Below, piece by piece: positions 9,723-19,454 of a stretch of DNA of 64,000 bases. Position numbers and translations under genes: made by a program. Each line of letters opens with the position of its first letter. The stretch's first letter is position 1. This stretch comes from Longimicrobiales bacterium (GTDB lineage: Bacteria > Gemmatimonadota > Gemmatimonadetes > Longimicrobiales > Gaopeijiaceae). The notes beneath the pieces were generated by a model that ran no database searches, was not told the DNA's origin, and saw only the letters and a list, made by a program, of their open reading frames with translations. The stretch covers positions 3,936,001 through 4,000,000 of the forward strand of contig OZ250165.1 of assembly GCA_965238005.1 (NCBI GenBank). Reading direction: 5' to 3'.

Positions 9723-10707
9723 TCTCCGAGTGATCGACGACGCTGAGCTGGCCCCGGAACGCCCGCACCCGGGAGTGAGACCCCACCAGCGAGCCCCGCA
9801 GGTCGGACCACTCGATGACGGCGTCGCTTCCGACCATGGTGTCGACCAGCGTGGAGCCCTCTATCCGGGCGCCGGACTCGACCGTGACGTTGGGCCCGAG
9901 CGTGCAACCCATGACCAACGCACCGTCCTCTACACGAACCGGCTCGATGAGGTTGGAGCCCTCGACCGTGGCGGAGTCGTCGACGCCTGCCCGGCCTCTC
10001 TCCAACAGGTACCGATTGGTGTCGAGCAGGGTCTCCTGCTTACCGCAGTCGTACCAGCCATCGACGGGAGCCACCTGGATCTTGGCTCCCTGGTCCACCA
10101 TGTACTGGAAAGCGTCGGTGAGGTAGAACTCGCCGGACGGCCCCGGCTCTGAGGCCAGCGTATGGGCGATCCCCTCGAACAAAAGCCCCCAGTCTCTCAT
10201 GTAGTAGAGCCCGATGTTGGCGAGCTTGGAGATGGGCTCGGAGGGCTTCTCTACGATGCGGACCATGTGGCCGTCCTCGTCGGTGAGGATGACCCCGTAG
10301 CGCTGGTAGTCCTCCACTTCCTTGGCCCAGACGACGCCCCCGACGGTCTCCTCGACACGGTGCACGAGAGTGAGATCGGCGTCGAAGAGGGTGTCGACGA
10401 AGAGGATCAGCACCTCGTCGTCCACAAAGGGCTCGGCCAGCGCCACGGCTCCGGCCGTTCCGTCCTGGACCTCCTGAACGACGTAGTGGGCGGTGATCTG
10501 CGGATAGGTCTCGGCGATATACGCCTCGATAACCCCCCGGAGATAGCCCACAATGAACACGATTTCCAGCACCCCGAGGTCGGCGAGATCGTCCAGGATG
10601 TAGCTCATCACCGGTCGACCGGCCACGCGTATCAGGGGCTTGGGCGTGACGTGAGTGTGGGGACGAAGGCGAGTACCCTTTCCAGCCAGTGGAATTATAG
10701 CTTTCAT
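9706..10707 (-). CDS. Sugar-phosphate nucleotidyltransferase (glucose-1-P thymidylyltransferase-like)
   Basis: MKAIIPLAGKGTRLRPHT..PKPL, IVEKP, WYDCG, C-terminal hexapeptide-like repeats. Confidence 0.92.
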   Translation of the reverse strand: MKAIIPLAGKGTRLRPHTHVTPKPLIRVAGRPVMSYILDDLADLGVLEIVFIVGYLRGVIEAYIAETYPQITAHYVVQEVQDGTAGAVALAEPFVDDEVLILFVDTLFDADLTLVHRVEETVGGVVWAKEVEDYQRYGVILTDEDGHMVRIVEKPSEPISKLANIGLYYMRDWGLLFEGIAHTLASEPGPSGEFYLTDAFQYMVDQGAKIQVAPVDGWYDCGKQETLLDTNRYLLERGRAGVDDSATVEGSNLIEPVRVEDGALVMGCTLGPNVTVESGARIEGSTLVDTMVGSDAVIEWSDLRGSLVGSHSRVRAFRGQLSVVDHSEIIGGQ

Positions 10708-10826
10708 GTGGGCGGACATTATGGGGCGCAGGTATCCGGGGCAATCGCCGAAAGGGGAACACTGGTGCGGAGTGCGGGTCAAGACATCCGCTGTCGAACG
10801 ACCCCTTCCATGAATCGAGAGGGAAC

Positions 10827-11609
10827 GTGATTCGCTGCCTCCTCGCCACCTGGGCGATCGCGGGATGCGCCTCGGCTCCCGCTCCGGAGGGACCCAACCT
10901 CGACAATCCCGGTGACCCGAGCCGAATCTACCTGTACCAGGTGGATCCTCAGGCCGTGGCGGGCGTACCCGCCGATACGGTTGGTACAGTGGAGGTCACG
11001 GGGTACGGGGAGGTCACCGTCGACCCCGACCGGGTAGAGATCAGCTTCGCCGTGGAGACCGAAGCCGAGTCTGCCCGCGCGGCCACCACCGAGAACGCGG
11101 AGCGCATGGAGGCCGTGATCGCGGCCCTCCGGGACACGGAGCTGGAGGGTCTGCGAATCGAGACGCACGGCTACAACCTCCAGCCGAGGTATCGCAGAGC
11201 CAACTCGAACGAGCCCCAGGCAAACCGGATCATGGGCTATCAGGCGCTGAATAACGTTCGCGTGAGCGTGGCCGACGTCTCGACCGCGGGTCCTCTCATC
11301 GACGCGGCCATCGATGCCGGCGCCAACCGGGTCGCGAGCCTCGTGTTCCTGGCCACTGAGACAGAACAGGCTCGTCTGGAAGCCTTACGTATGGCCGTGG
11401 AAAATGCCCGCCGAGAGGCCGAGATCATCGCCCAGGCCATCGGCGTGCCCCTGGGGCCACCCCTCGAGGTCAGGGGCACACCCGCCCCCGTTCCACGCTT
11501 GCAGGCCCGGGCCAGTCTGGCCATGGCCGCCGAAGCGCTGACACCGGTGGAGCTGACACGGCAGACGATCCGAGCCACCGTCACCATACGATATCGCCTT
11601 GGAGGCTAA
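10827..11609 (+). CDS. SIMPL (DUF541) domain lipoprotein
   Basis: Lipobox-like IAGC; VTGYGEV..PD, LIDAAIDAGAN, A..A..A..IA pattern. Confidence 0.85.
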   Translation: MIRCLLATWAIAGCASAPAPEGPNLDNPGDPSRIYLYQVDPQAVAGVPADTVGTVEVTGYGEVTVDPDRVEISFAVETEAESARAATTENAERMEAVIAALRDTELEGLRIETHGYNLQPRYRRANSNEPQANRIMGYQALNNVRVSVADVSTAGPLIDAAIDAGANRVASLVFLATETEQARLEALRMAVENARREAEIIAQAIGVPLGPPLEVRGTPAPVPRLQARASLAMAAEALTPVELTRQTIRATVTIRYRLGG

Positions 11610-12051
11610 CCGGTTGCTGAGAGAACGCCTCGGGCGAGCCCTCACCACGAATCGGGCCGCAACCCACCCCCGGTCCGACGATCCCCGACTTCTGGGGCGA
11701 ACCTACGCCATTCCCTTTGATCGGGTCTGGACCGCGTGTCTCGTTCTGGTCGAGCGGCCTCGACGCTGGACCCTGCTCCAGGCCAACGATCTGGACGGCT
11801 ACCTCAGGGTCAAGTGCCAGACCCTGGTCTTCAAGTTCATCGACGATTTCGAAATCCGGATCGGCCTGGACGAGCACGCCATGACGCGGGTCGACGTCAA
11901 ATCCCGGTCCCGCAGGGGTAGAGCGGATCTGGGGACCAACGCCCGCCGCATCGGCCGCTTCTTGCGGCGTCTCGATCGGATTCTGGATGCCGAAGACGGG
12001 GCGATCCTGGATTCCACCCACCTGGAGACATGGCGCGCGGAAGCTGGATGA
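11599..12051 (+). CDS. DUF1499-domain protein
   Basis: TLVFKFIDD, VDVKSRSRRGRADLGTNARRI; start uncertain (11599 or 11614). Confidence 0.8.
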   Translation: MEANRLLRERLGRALTTNRAATHPRSDDPRLLGRTYAIPFDRVWTACLVLVERPRRWTLLQANDLDGYLRVKCQTLVFKFIDDFEIRIGLDEHAMTRVDVKSRSRRGRADLGTNARRIGRFLRRLDRILDAEDGAILDSTHLETWRAEAG

Positions 12052-12995
12052 CGGGCGGAAGCTCCGTTCGATCCCGGGCCCTCCTCGTCGTGTGCTTCCT
12101 CCTGACCGGATGTGGTCAGGATGCTCCCCCACCTCAGGCGGCGGCTCAGGGAACGACACCCGACGCCGATCCCGATCCGAACCTCGACGACCGGGTTTAC
12201 GAACGGAACGTCGTGTTCATGACAGTGGGCGCCGACAGCGCCATCATCGTCCCGTGGCTCTTCCGATCCTCTGCCTCCGAGCGGGGCGTCGCGCGAATCG
12301 CGGAAGGGTGGCTCGCACGAGCCGGGCTCTGGGAGCCCTTCTTCAACGACCGATGGGACTCTCCATTGACGCGGTCCCCGTTTCGCATCCACCCGCGCGG
12401 CGCCATGGATCTGGTGGTGGGCCCGGAGGATGTCCTGGAGGAGATTCTCTACGAGGAGGGCCCCAGGCAGCTGGAGGTCATCATTGACGAGAGGATGTCG
12501 GACTGGAGCGGAGGTCGGGGGGAGACCTTCCGCATTCATCAAGGCGCCGTTCACTTCGGGAATCTGCGGATCGAAGGCATGGTCCTCGACATGAGCCGGG
12601 CTCACCTTCGGGAGGGCCCGTTTCCCGGCGAGTGGATGTTCCTCACGGGGCCCGGGCGTCTGGCTCTCATGATCGAGGAGACAGGCGGATCCCCGCGCTA
12701 CACGGCCTGGGGCAGACGAGGTGAGGAGGAGTATCGCTGGCCGGAGATGGAGGTGGAGTGGATCTCGGTGCGATCGTTCGAGGAGGCGCGGCGTGACGTT
12801 CCGGTGGCTTGGGAGATCCGGTCCACCGACGGGGAGATGGAGCTCTCGCTCTTCAGCACCGGCATGGAGCTACGCTCCGTGGCGGGAGAGGGACCGCTCC
12901 TTCCTGTGGAGGGCCTCCATCAGGTCTCCGGCCCCCTCGTCATAGCAGGGGATTCCCTGGAGGTGTGGGGGCTCGTGCGCCACGTACAGCGTTAG
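12048..12995 (+). CDS. Hypothetical lipoprotein
   Basis: LLTGC lipobox; ATG overlaps the upstream stop (ATGA); coding-like composition. Confidence 0.7.
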   Translation: MTGGSSVRSRALLVVCFLLTGCGQDAPPPQAAAQGTTPDADPDPNLDDRVYERNVVFMTVGADSAIIVPWLFRSSASERGVARIAEGWLARAGLWEPFFNDRWDSPLTRSPFRIHPRGAMDLVVGPEDVLEEILYEEGPRQLEVIIDERMSDWSGGRGETFRIHQGAVHFGNLRIEGMVLDMSRAHLREGPFPGEWMFLTGPGRLALMIEETGGSPRYTAWGRRGEEEYRWPEMEVEWISVRSFEEARRDVPVAWEIRSTDGEMELSLFSTGMELRSVAGEGPLLPVEGLHQVSGPLVIAGDSLEVWGLVRHVQR

Positions 12996-13009
12996 AAAAA
13001 GGTAGCTGC

Positions 13010-14578
13010 GTGCCCGACGAGCTGATCCGCGCGCTGATCACCATCGCCTTCGGAGCCCTCGCAGGAGGGCTCACCAACTCGGTGGCGATCTGGATGCTCT
13101 TCCATCCCTACGAGCCCCCGCGTGTCGGGAGCCGGAACCTCAAGATGCTCCAGGGGGCCATTCCCAAGAACCAGCCTCGCCTGGCGGCTGCCGTGGGACG
13201 TACCGTGGGCACGCGCCTCCTCACCGAAGAGGATCTGGGAGAGATCTTCAGCGATCAGGAGTTCCGGGCCGCCTTCGACGGCCACCTCTCCGGCTTCCTG
13301 GATGCCCTCCTCCATAGGGAGAGGGGCTCGGTGCGTGACCTCTTTCCCGAGGACATGCACAAGCAGGTTGAGGGGATCGTGGACGACGTGGCGACGTTCG
13401 GACTCGAGCGCCTGCACGAGTACCTGCAGTCGGATCGCTTCACCGAGACGGTCTCGGCGCGAGCCGGGGACATCGTCCACTCCATCGCTGACGAACCGGT
13501 GGCGGGCATCCTGACGCCCGCCCGCGAGGGGGCCATCTCGGAGGCCGTAGACGACTGGATTACGGGAGCGGTCGAAAGCGAGGACTTCAGCCGGGCCATC
13601 GACGAATACCTGGATCGCGCGGCCCGGAGGCTCCTCGAGCCGCGACGCACCTTCGAAGAGATCCTTCCGCTGGGCCTGGTGGGGGCCGTCGAGAAGGGCA
13701 TCGCCGCCTACCTCCCGCTCGCGATCCAGCGCCTGGGGTCACTGCTGGAGGACAAGGAAGCGCGCGCGAAGTTCGAGACCTTCATCCACGACCTCCTCCA
13801 TCGCTTCCTGAGCGACCTCAAGTTCCATCAGAGGGTGGTCGCCAAGCTCATCATCACCGAGTCCACTGTGGACATGGTCCTGAACACCATTGAGGCCGAA
13901 GGGGCGGAGCGCTTAGCTGAGATACTCCAGGAGGAGGCCATGCAGGATGCCATGGCCCGGGGGATCAACGACGCCATCGTGGACTTCCTGAGGCGGCCCG
14001 TAACGTCGGTGCTCGGAGAGCCAGACGACCCCAGCGTGGTGGAGGCTCGGACGACGGTTGTGGGATGGTTCGTCGGTCTGGCACAGGACCCCACGTCGCG
14101 CAGCTTCGTGGTCGAGAAGCTCGAGGTGGCACTGGAAAAGATGGGTGCTCGGACGTGGGGCGAGGTGTTTGAAAAGCTGCCGCCCGACCGGGTGGCCGAG
14201 TGGCTGGTGGCCGGGGCACGGAGTGAGGCGGCGGCGACCCTCTACCGGGAGGCCGCGAGCCGGCTCTCGAAGAACATCCTAGAGCGCCCCATCGGGACTC
14301 CCGCCAACTGGCTCCCCGAGGGAGCCTCTCAAACCGCCGAAGAGACCCTCGGCGACCCGATCTGGGAGTGGCTTCAGACCCAGGTGCCCGACGTGATACA
14401 GCAGATCGACGTTGCCGGACGTGTGGAGGAGAAGGTCCTGGCCTTCCCGCCCGCCAAAGTGGAAGAGCTCGTCAAAAAGGTGACGCACAAGGAGCTCAAG
14501 ATCATCGTGCGGCTGGGTTATCTGCTGGGGGGCTTCATCGGGATCGCTCTGGTGATCCTGAACAGCCTCTGGGGCTGA
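13010..14578 (+). CDS. DUF445 family membrane protein
   Basis: GGLTNSVAIWMLFHP..QGAIPK and ELKIIVRLGYLLGGFIG; GTG start at 13010. Confidence 0.88.
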   Translation: MPDELIRALITIAFGALAGGLTNSVAIWMLFHPYEPPRVGSRNLKMLQGAIPKNQPRLAAAVGRTVGTRLLTEEDLGEIFSDQEFRAAFDGHLSGFLDALLHRERGSVRDLFPEDMHKQVEGIVDDVATFGLERLHEYLQSDRFTETVSARAGDIVHSIADEPVAGILTPAREGAISEAVDDWITGAVESEDFSRAIDEYLDRAARRLLEPRRTFEEILPLGLVGAVEKGIAAYLPLAIQRLGSLLEDKEARAKFETFIHDLLHRFLSDLKFHQRVVAKLIITESTVDMVLNTIEAEGAERLAEILQEEAMQDAMARGINDAIVDFLRRPVTSVLGEPDDPSVVEARTTVVGWFVGLAQDPTSRSFVVEKLEVALEKMGARTWGEVFEKLPPDRVAEWLVAGARSEAAATLYREAASRLSKNILERPIGTPANWLPEGASQTAEETLGDPIWEWLQTQVPDVIQQIDVAGRVEEKVLAFPPAKVEELVKKVTHKELKIIVRLGYLLGGFIGIALVILNSLWG

Positions 14579-14599
14579 TGAGCGAGCGGGCTTCACGCC

Positions 14600-14620
14600 C
14601 TAGGGGCCTCAGGCCCCTAG
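14600..14620. terminator. Perfect 21-bp CTAG-bounded palindrome between convergent genes
   Basis: CTAGGGGCC-TCA-GGCCCCTAG; overlaps the TAG stop of 14617..14874. Confidence 0.5.
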
Positions 14621-14874
14621 TCTTCCGAGCGCTTCTGCGACGGGTCCCGGGCGACGGCCGTCTTGAAGCGCCGGCGCTCACGCCGGCGCTGGGAGGCCCG
14701 CTCTCCTACCTTGAGGTAGTTGAGCCACATGAAGTGGCGCTTGGCCTGCCGGGGCCGCCCTTTGCCCATACGGGCGGAGACTTCTTCGGGTGATTGGGTG
14801 TAGCGAGTGCCCCCCAGGTAGATCCCCAGGGCGAGCGCCGCCACACCCACCAGGATCTTGAGAAAGAGGACCAA
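14617..14874 (-). CDS. Small hypothetical membrane-anchored basic protein
   Basis: N-terminal TM segment, GGAG RBS upstream of the TTG start. Confidence 0.65.
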   Translation of the reverse strand: MVLFLKILVGVAALALGIYLGGTRYTQSPEEVSARMGKGRPRQAKRHFMWLNYLKVGERASQRRRERRRFKTAVARDPSQKRSED

Positions 14875-14911
14875 CTTTGTCTCCGGTTGGGTCTGGTCGC
14901 TTCGACCGCCC

Positions 14912-15058
14912 TCAGGCCCGTCCGATGGACTCCAAGAGGAGGAGGGCCAGACCCGTTGCCAGAATGATGGCCACGGCCGTGGTGCCTACCGACACCAATC
15001 CCACGACCGTCCAGAACACGATGTGGATGAAGTTGTAGCCACCCGGAAGAAGATGCAT
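14912..15058 (-). CDS. 48-aa small membrane protein (below ORF-track cutoff)
   Basis: MHLLPGGYNFIHIVFWTVVGLVSVGTTAVAIILATGLALLLLESIGRA*; co-oriented with neighbours and strongly hydrophobic. Confidence 0.55.
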   Translation of the reverse strand: MHLLPGGYNFIHIVFWTVVGLVSVGTTAVAIILATGLALLLLESIGRA

Positions 15059-15148
15059 CGCTCTGTGCGTTGAGGTTCCAGTCGCCTACGCCTCTGGAAT
15101 ATGCGGAAGGCGCGATCGGTCTTCAATGGGCCGTCGTCAGTCCAGCCT

Positions 15149-15637
15149 TTACCCGTGCGGGTGGGCATCGTGACCGGCCGAATCCCTGCCGACCTCCACC
15201 CTCTTCTTCACGTCCGCCAGGTAGCCCGGAGACAGGTCCAGAAGGTTGCAGACCTTCCTCAGAAGAGACTCCTCGTGGCTCGACAGCTCGCCATCGGCGT
15301 AGACGAGCCCCCACATGACCTCCATCAGGACCATCTTTTGCCCCAGGGAGTAGTTGGCCTTGATGAGCTTGGTGAACTGATAGAGGTCCACGGCCTCCCC
15401 CCGGGCCAGCTCGGCCAGCTTGATGAGCGCCTCGGCGTGATCTTCGTCGAGTCCGTACTGCCTCCGCACAGCCGAGGTCACGTGCCGCCTCTCGTCCTCC
15501 GTGAACTCGTCGTCCGCGTAGGCGAGCTCGATGAGGAGGGCGCACGCGGCCAGGCGTATGTCCTCGTCACCCAACTCCTCCACGCTGGCCGGAGGGGTCA
15601 TGGAAGAGCCGAAAAATGACTTTATGGCATCAAGCAT
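15149..15637 (-). CDS. TerB family protein
   Basis: LAACALLIELAYADDEF, DLYQFT..I, LVYADGELSSHE..L. Confidence 0.85.
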   Translation of the reverse strand: MLDAIKSFFGSSMTPPASVEELGDEDIRLAACALLIELAYADDEFTEDERRHVTSAVRRQYGLDEDHAEALIKLAELARGEAVDLYQFTKLIKANYSLGQKMVLMEVMWGLVYADGELSSHEESLLRKVCNLLDLSPGYLADVKKRVEVGRDSAGHDAHPHG

Positions 15638-15744
15638 CGATCGCTCCTTGCCTCGATCGCTGATGCGGTGGCCGCAGTGTCCGATTCAACTCGGGGATGA
15701 TGCTAACGCGGCGCCGGAGTCTGGGCCAGGTGGCCGGCCCCGCA

Positions 15745-17444
15745 CTAGAGCTCCAGCGCTCGCACCTTCCGCACTCCGGCCCTGAGGGGAAGGGCAATGG
15801 AGATGGCTGTCAAAACGAGGGCGCCCGAGGCCCCCAAGACGAGGGGCAGGATCCCCGCCGACCCGCCCTCCGCCTGGAAGCGAACCAGCAGGAGGCGGTC
15901 AACGGGCCACGCAAGGAGGACCACGATACCGGTCAGGTAGCTGACAGCCGCCATCATGAACATGAGACCCCCGAACGACGTGGGAATCTCGGCCATGTTG
16001 TCGGTGTCGTAGTTCGGATAGAGGGCCCCGAACCCGAGGGCCAGAGCCGTCATGGCCAGGGTGATGCCGATCATGGCCACGGTGGTGATCACCAGGATCA
16101 GCGTCGTCGCCTCGAGGATGATGTTCGTGATCACGATGAGGGGGAGAGCCACAAGAAGAAGGGGGATGGTTCCCACCCAGTACTTCGTCAGGAACAGGGT
16201 ACGTATATCGATGGGCGACGACCTCAACAGCCACGCCATCCTACCTTCCAGGGAAATACCCGGGAATACGAACCGGGCAGCGATGGCGGCAACCACGAAT
16301 CCCGCGAGCCCCAGGTTCAGGAAGGAAACGGCGTTGATGAGGAAGAAGGAGACCTGCTCACCGGTGTAGAGCGGGAGCACCTTGATGTTGTAGACGTACA
16401 CCACCACCAGGACGCCCAAGAGTATCAGCTGCGACCACTGAGTAGCGTCCGGAAGAAGACCCGGATCTCCTTGGTCACGAGCTGGCGGGTCGCGGGAGCG
16501 GTCCAGGCGAAGCACCTCTCCAGCTTGGTCGTCCGGACCCGGCCCTCCTTGCGCTCGGCACCCTCCTGGGCCCGGGTGAATCCCGACCGAAAGAAGCGAT
16601 GGTGGAGCCAGGCGCCCCCTACGAAGACGGCCGCGGCCGTGCTCCACAGGAACCAGAACGGGAACGGATCGAACACCCCGTTGAGGTGGGACATGAGCGT
16701 GCCCGCTACCCACTCGTTGGGGAGCCAGGGAGACGTCGGCGACCTCAGCACTGCCATGAAGTCCACCAGGTCGCGGAACTCCTCAGGACTCACGAGGCGC
16801 TCCGGCCGGAGGAACCGGAAGAGGACCACCACGCCCGCCGCAGCAAAAAGCCCGATGAGAGCCAGGAGCTCTCTGGTGCGCCGGGCCGGGAACACGTTCA
16901 CGAGCATGAGCGTGAAAGCCGTCCCGAGAACGGCTGGAATCACCAGGTACGGGATCAGGGTGACGACGGCGAGACCATAGAAGGACCATCCGGCTCCGTA
17001 CACCATTCCGTAGGCCGCCAGGAGCGGAATCGCAAGGAGCGCCACCATCCAAGAGGAGTCCACGATCGTCTCCACGAGCCGGGCCCCGTAGAGCTTCACG
17101 GAGTCCACGGGCGAAGCCACGAGGAGCTCCATGTCCCTCGAGAGGAAGTACGTGGAGAGCGCGGTGATGACGTTGGAGAGGAGTAGGATCATCAGGAAGG
17201 TCAGCAGCGCAAGCCCGAGCAGCTTCCCCGCCAGCAGGTCGCCGATGCCCTGGGTTCCCCGGAAGTACAGCAGCATCCGGAAGATGACCCCGAAGATGAA
17301 CGACCAGAAGAACAGCCCGACGAAGGCGAGCACGCCCCACTTGAAGAGGCGTCCCTCCTCGCTCTTGGTCCGGTGGAGCTTCGACCGGATCTTCGGCCAG
17401 AGCAGCCAGAGGATCCCGGGCCCGCCGAAAGTGGCGCCGTTCAC
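15745..17444 (-). pseudogene. ABC-2 type exporter permease with 1-nt frameshift near 16450
   Basis: N-half (GTG 17444, ..KEIRVFFR) and C-half (DATQWSQLILL..SLEGRMAWLLRSSP) lie in different frames; TTC TTC CGG ACG is one base short of CGx GAC. Confidence 0.8.
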
Positions 17445-17447
17445 TAG

Positions 17448-17625
17448 TGTTCCGTTTCCGAGGTTCGCGAGCCACCAAGAGGGCCGGGACGCCGTGGGAT
17501 CAAGGCGGGACGACCCGGCGTAGCGCAAGCGGGCACCGCGCGAAGCGTGGTCGTAAGGAGTTCCAACGCCGAGCCCACGGATGCACCGCGCCCTCGACTG
17601 GCCGAGACACTTTGGTAACGGGACA
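17448..17625. mobile_element. 178-bp MITE copy 1 flanked by CTAG duplication
   Basis: CTAG|TGTTCCGTTTCCGA...TTGGTAACGGGACA|CTAG imperfect TIRs; about 13 mismatches (ungapped, counted by eye) to 29677-29854. Confidence 0.85.
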
Positions 17626-17630
17626 CTAGA

Positions 17631-18371
17631 CTAGCTGGTCTCCTGAAGGCTGGCCACCACGTCCGCCATGTCCTCGTCCCCGGTGACCTTGAGGAAGATC
17701 TCTTCGAGGTGGGCCTCGCCGGAGTCGACCTGCCCGCGAAGATCCTCCATAGTGCCCTTCGCGATGATGTCGCCGTCACGGATGATGGCGATGCGGTCGC
17801 ACACGGCCTCTACAACCTCGAGGGTGTGGCTCGACAGAAAGACCGTCCCTCCCCGGTTCGCGAAGGCCCGGAACAGATCCTTCAGAATTCTGGCAGACCG
17901 GGGATCGAGGCCCACCATGGGCTCATCCACCACGATGAGCTCGGGTTGATGGATCAGAGCCGAGGTGATGAGGAGCTTCTGGCGCATCCCGTGGGAGTAG
18001 CTCTCGATGAGCTCGTCCTTCCATTCGGTGAGGCTGAAGATCTCGAGGAGTCCGTTCGCCCGTTCTTCCGACGCGTGCTCGTCCTTGCCCCAGAGGCCCG
18101 CCACAAAGCGCAGGAACTCACCTCCCGAGAGCTTTTCGTAGAGGTAGGGCCGGTCGGGGATGTATCCGATGCGGGACTTGGCGTGGACGGGATGGACCTC
18201 CAGGTTGTTCCCTCCGATGAGGATCGTGCCCTCAGTCGGCTCGAGCACACCGGCCACCATCCGAATCGTGGTCGTCTTTCCGGCACCGTTGGGACCGAGG
18301 AATCCGAAGATCTCGCCCCGGGGCACCGTGAGGTCGATGCCGTTGACGGCGGTGAAGCCCCCATAACGTTT
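17631..18371 (-). pseudogene. ABC transporter ATP-binding protein, 3' part (split by IS1595)
   Basis: KRYGGFTAVNGIDL..GPNGAGKTT, YSHGMRQK, VDEP, SSH; the 5' part lies at 21325-21449. Confidence 0.9.
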
Positions 18372-18389
18372 GGGTATTATATACTAGAC

Positions 18390-18417
18390 TTGACTTTTGG
18401 GCTAATCATGGTATCTT
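18390..18417 (+). promoter_or_regulatory. Sigma70-type promoter of the transposase
   Basis: TTGACT-N16-TATCTT with extended -10 TG; the -35 overlaps the left TIR; AGGAGG RBS at 18444. Confidence 0.6.
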
Positions 18418-18453
18418 CTAAGTACAGCAAATCGTTGCCGCTTAGGAGGATAC

Positions 18454-19392
18454 ATGGCTCACAAGGCACCCGGCAAGGCGTACCGCGAGGGGATCACTCT
18501 CTTGCAGCTGGCAGACCTATTCCCGACCGAGGAATCGGCGGTGGGTTGGTTCGAGGGTGTGGTCTGGTCTGGCGAGCGGGCTTGCGGGCATTGCGGCTCT
18601 CTCGACACGTACGGTATCAAGAGCGGCAAGCCCATGCCGTATCGGTGCCGCGACTGCAAGCGGTACTTCAGCGTGAAGACGGGAACGCTCATGGCGTCGT
18701 CGCCTCTTCCCGTCCGCAAGTGGGTTTACGCGATCTATCTGGACGTGACGAGCCTCAAGGGTGTTGCGTCGATGAAACTGCACAGGGACCTAGGCGTCAC
18801 ACAGAAGACCGCTTGGTTCATGCAGCAGCGCATCCGCGAAGCGTTCCGTGCGGAAGGCCCCATGGTCTTCGCCGGGCCGGTCGAAGTGGACGAAACCTAT
18901 TTCGGCGGTCGGGAGAAGAACAAGCACGCGTCCAAGAAGCTGAGGGCTGGCCGTGGTCCGGTGGGCAAGACGGCGGTGGTCGGCGCGAAGGATCGGGCCA
19001 CGAATCAAGTAGCGGCCCGGGTGGTCGAGGGCACGGACAAGAAGACGCTCCAAGGCTTTGTGAAGACTCACGCGGCCAAGGGCGCGAAGGTCTACACGGA
19101 CGATGCGAGCGCCTACGATGGCCTAGAGAACCGCGAGGCGGTGAAGCACTCGGTAGCCGAGTACGTAAGGGGCCAAGCCCACACGAACGGGGTGGAGTCC
19201 TTCTGGAGCATGCTGAAGCGGGCGCACAAGGGCACGTTCCACAAGCTGAGCGCGAAGCACCTACAGCGGTATGTAGACGAGTTCGCGGGCCGTCACAACA
19301 TCCGCGACCTGGATACGATCCGGCAGATGGAGCACGTAGTCGCGGCGATGGTCGGGCGGCGGCTCATGTACCGGGATCTGATCGCCGAATAG
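18454..19392 (+). CDS. IS1595-family DDE transposase
   Basis: Zn ribbon CGHC..CRDC, VEVDETY, VYTDD, HTNGVESFW, KHLQRYVDEF. Confidence 0.95.
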   Translation: MAHKAPGKAYREGITLLQLADLFPTEESAVGWFEGVVWSGERACGHCGSLDTYGIKSGKPMPYRCRDCKRYFSVKTGTLMASSPLPVRKWVYAIYLDVTSLKGVASMKLHRDLGVTQKTAWFMQQRIREAFRAEGPMVFAGPVEVDETYFGGREKNKHASKKLRAGRGPVGKTAVVGAKDRATNQVAARVVEGTDKKTLQGFVKTHAAKGAKVYTDDASAYDGLENREAVKHSVAEYVRGQAHTNGVESFWSMLKRAHKGTFHKLSAKHLQRYVDEFAGRHNIRDLDTIRQMEHVVAAMVGRRLMYRDLIAE

Positions 19393-19454
19393 CTCCCGAA
19401 GGATTGCGGGGCCAAGGAAAGAATTGCACCCTTCTCCCCCCGAAGGGGGGGTGC

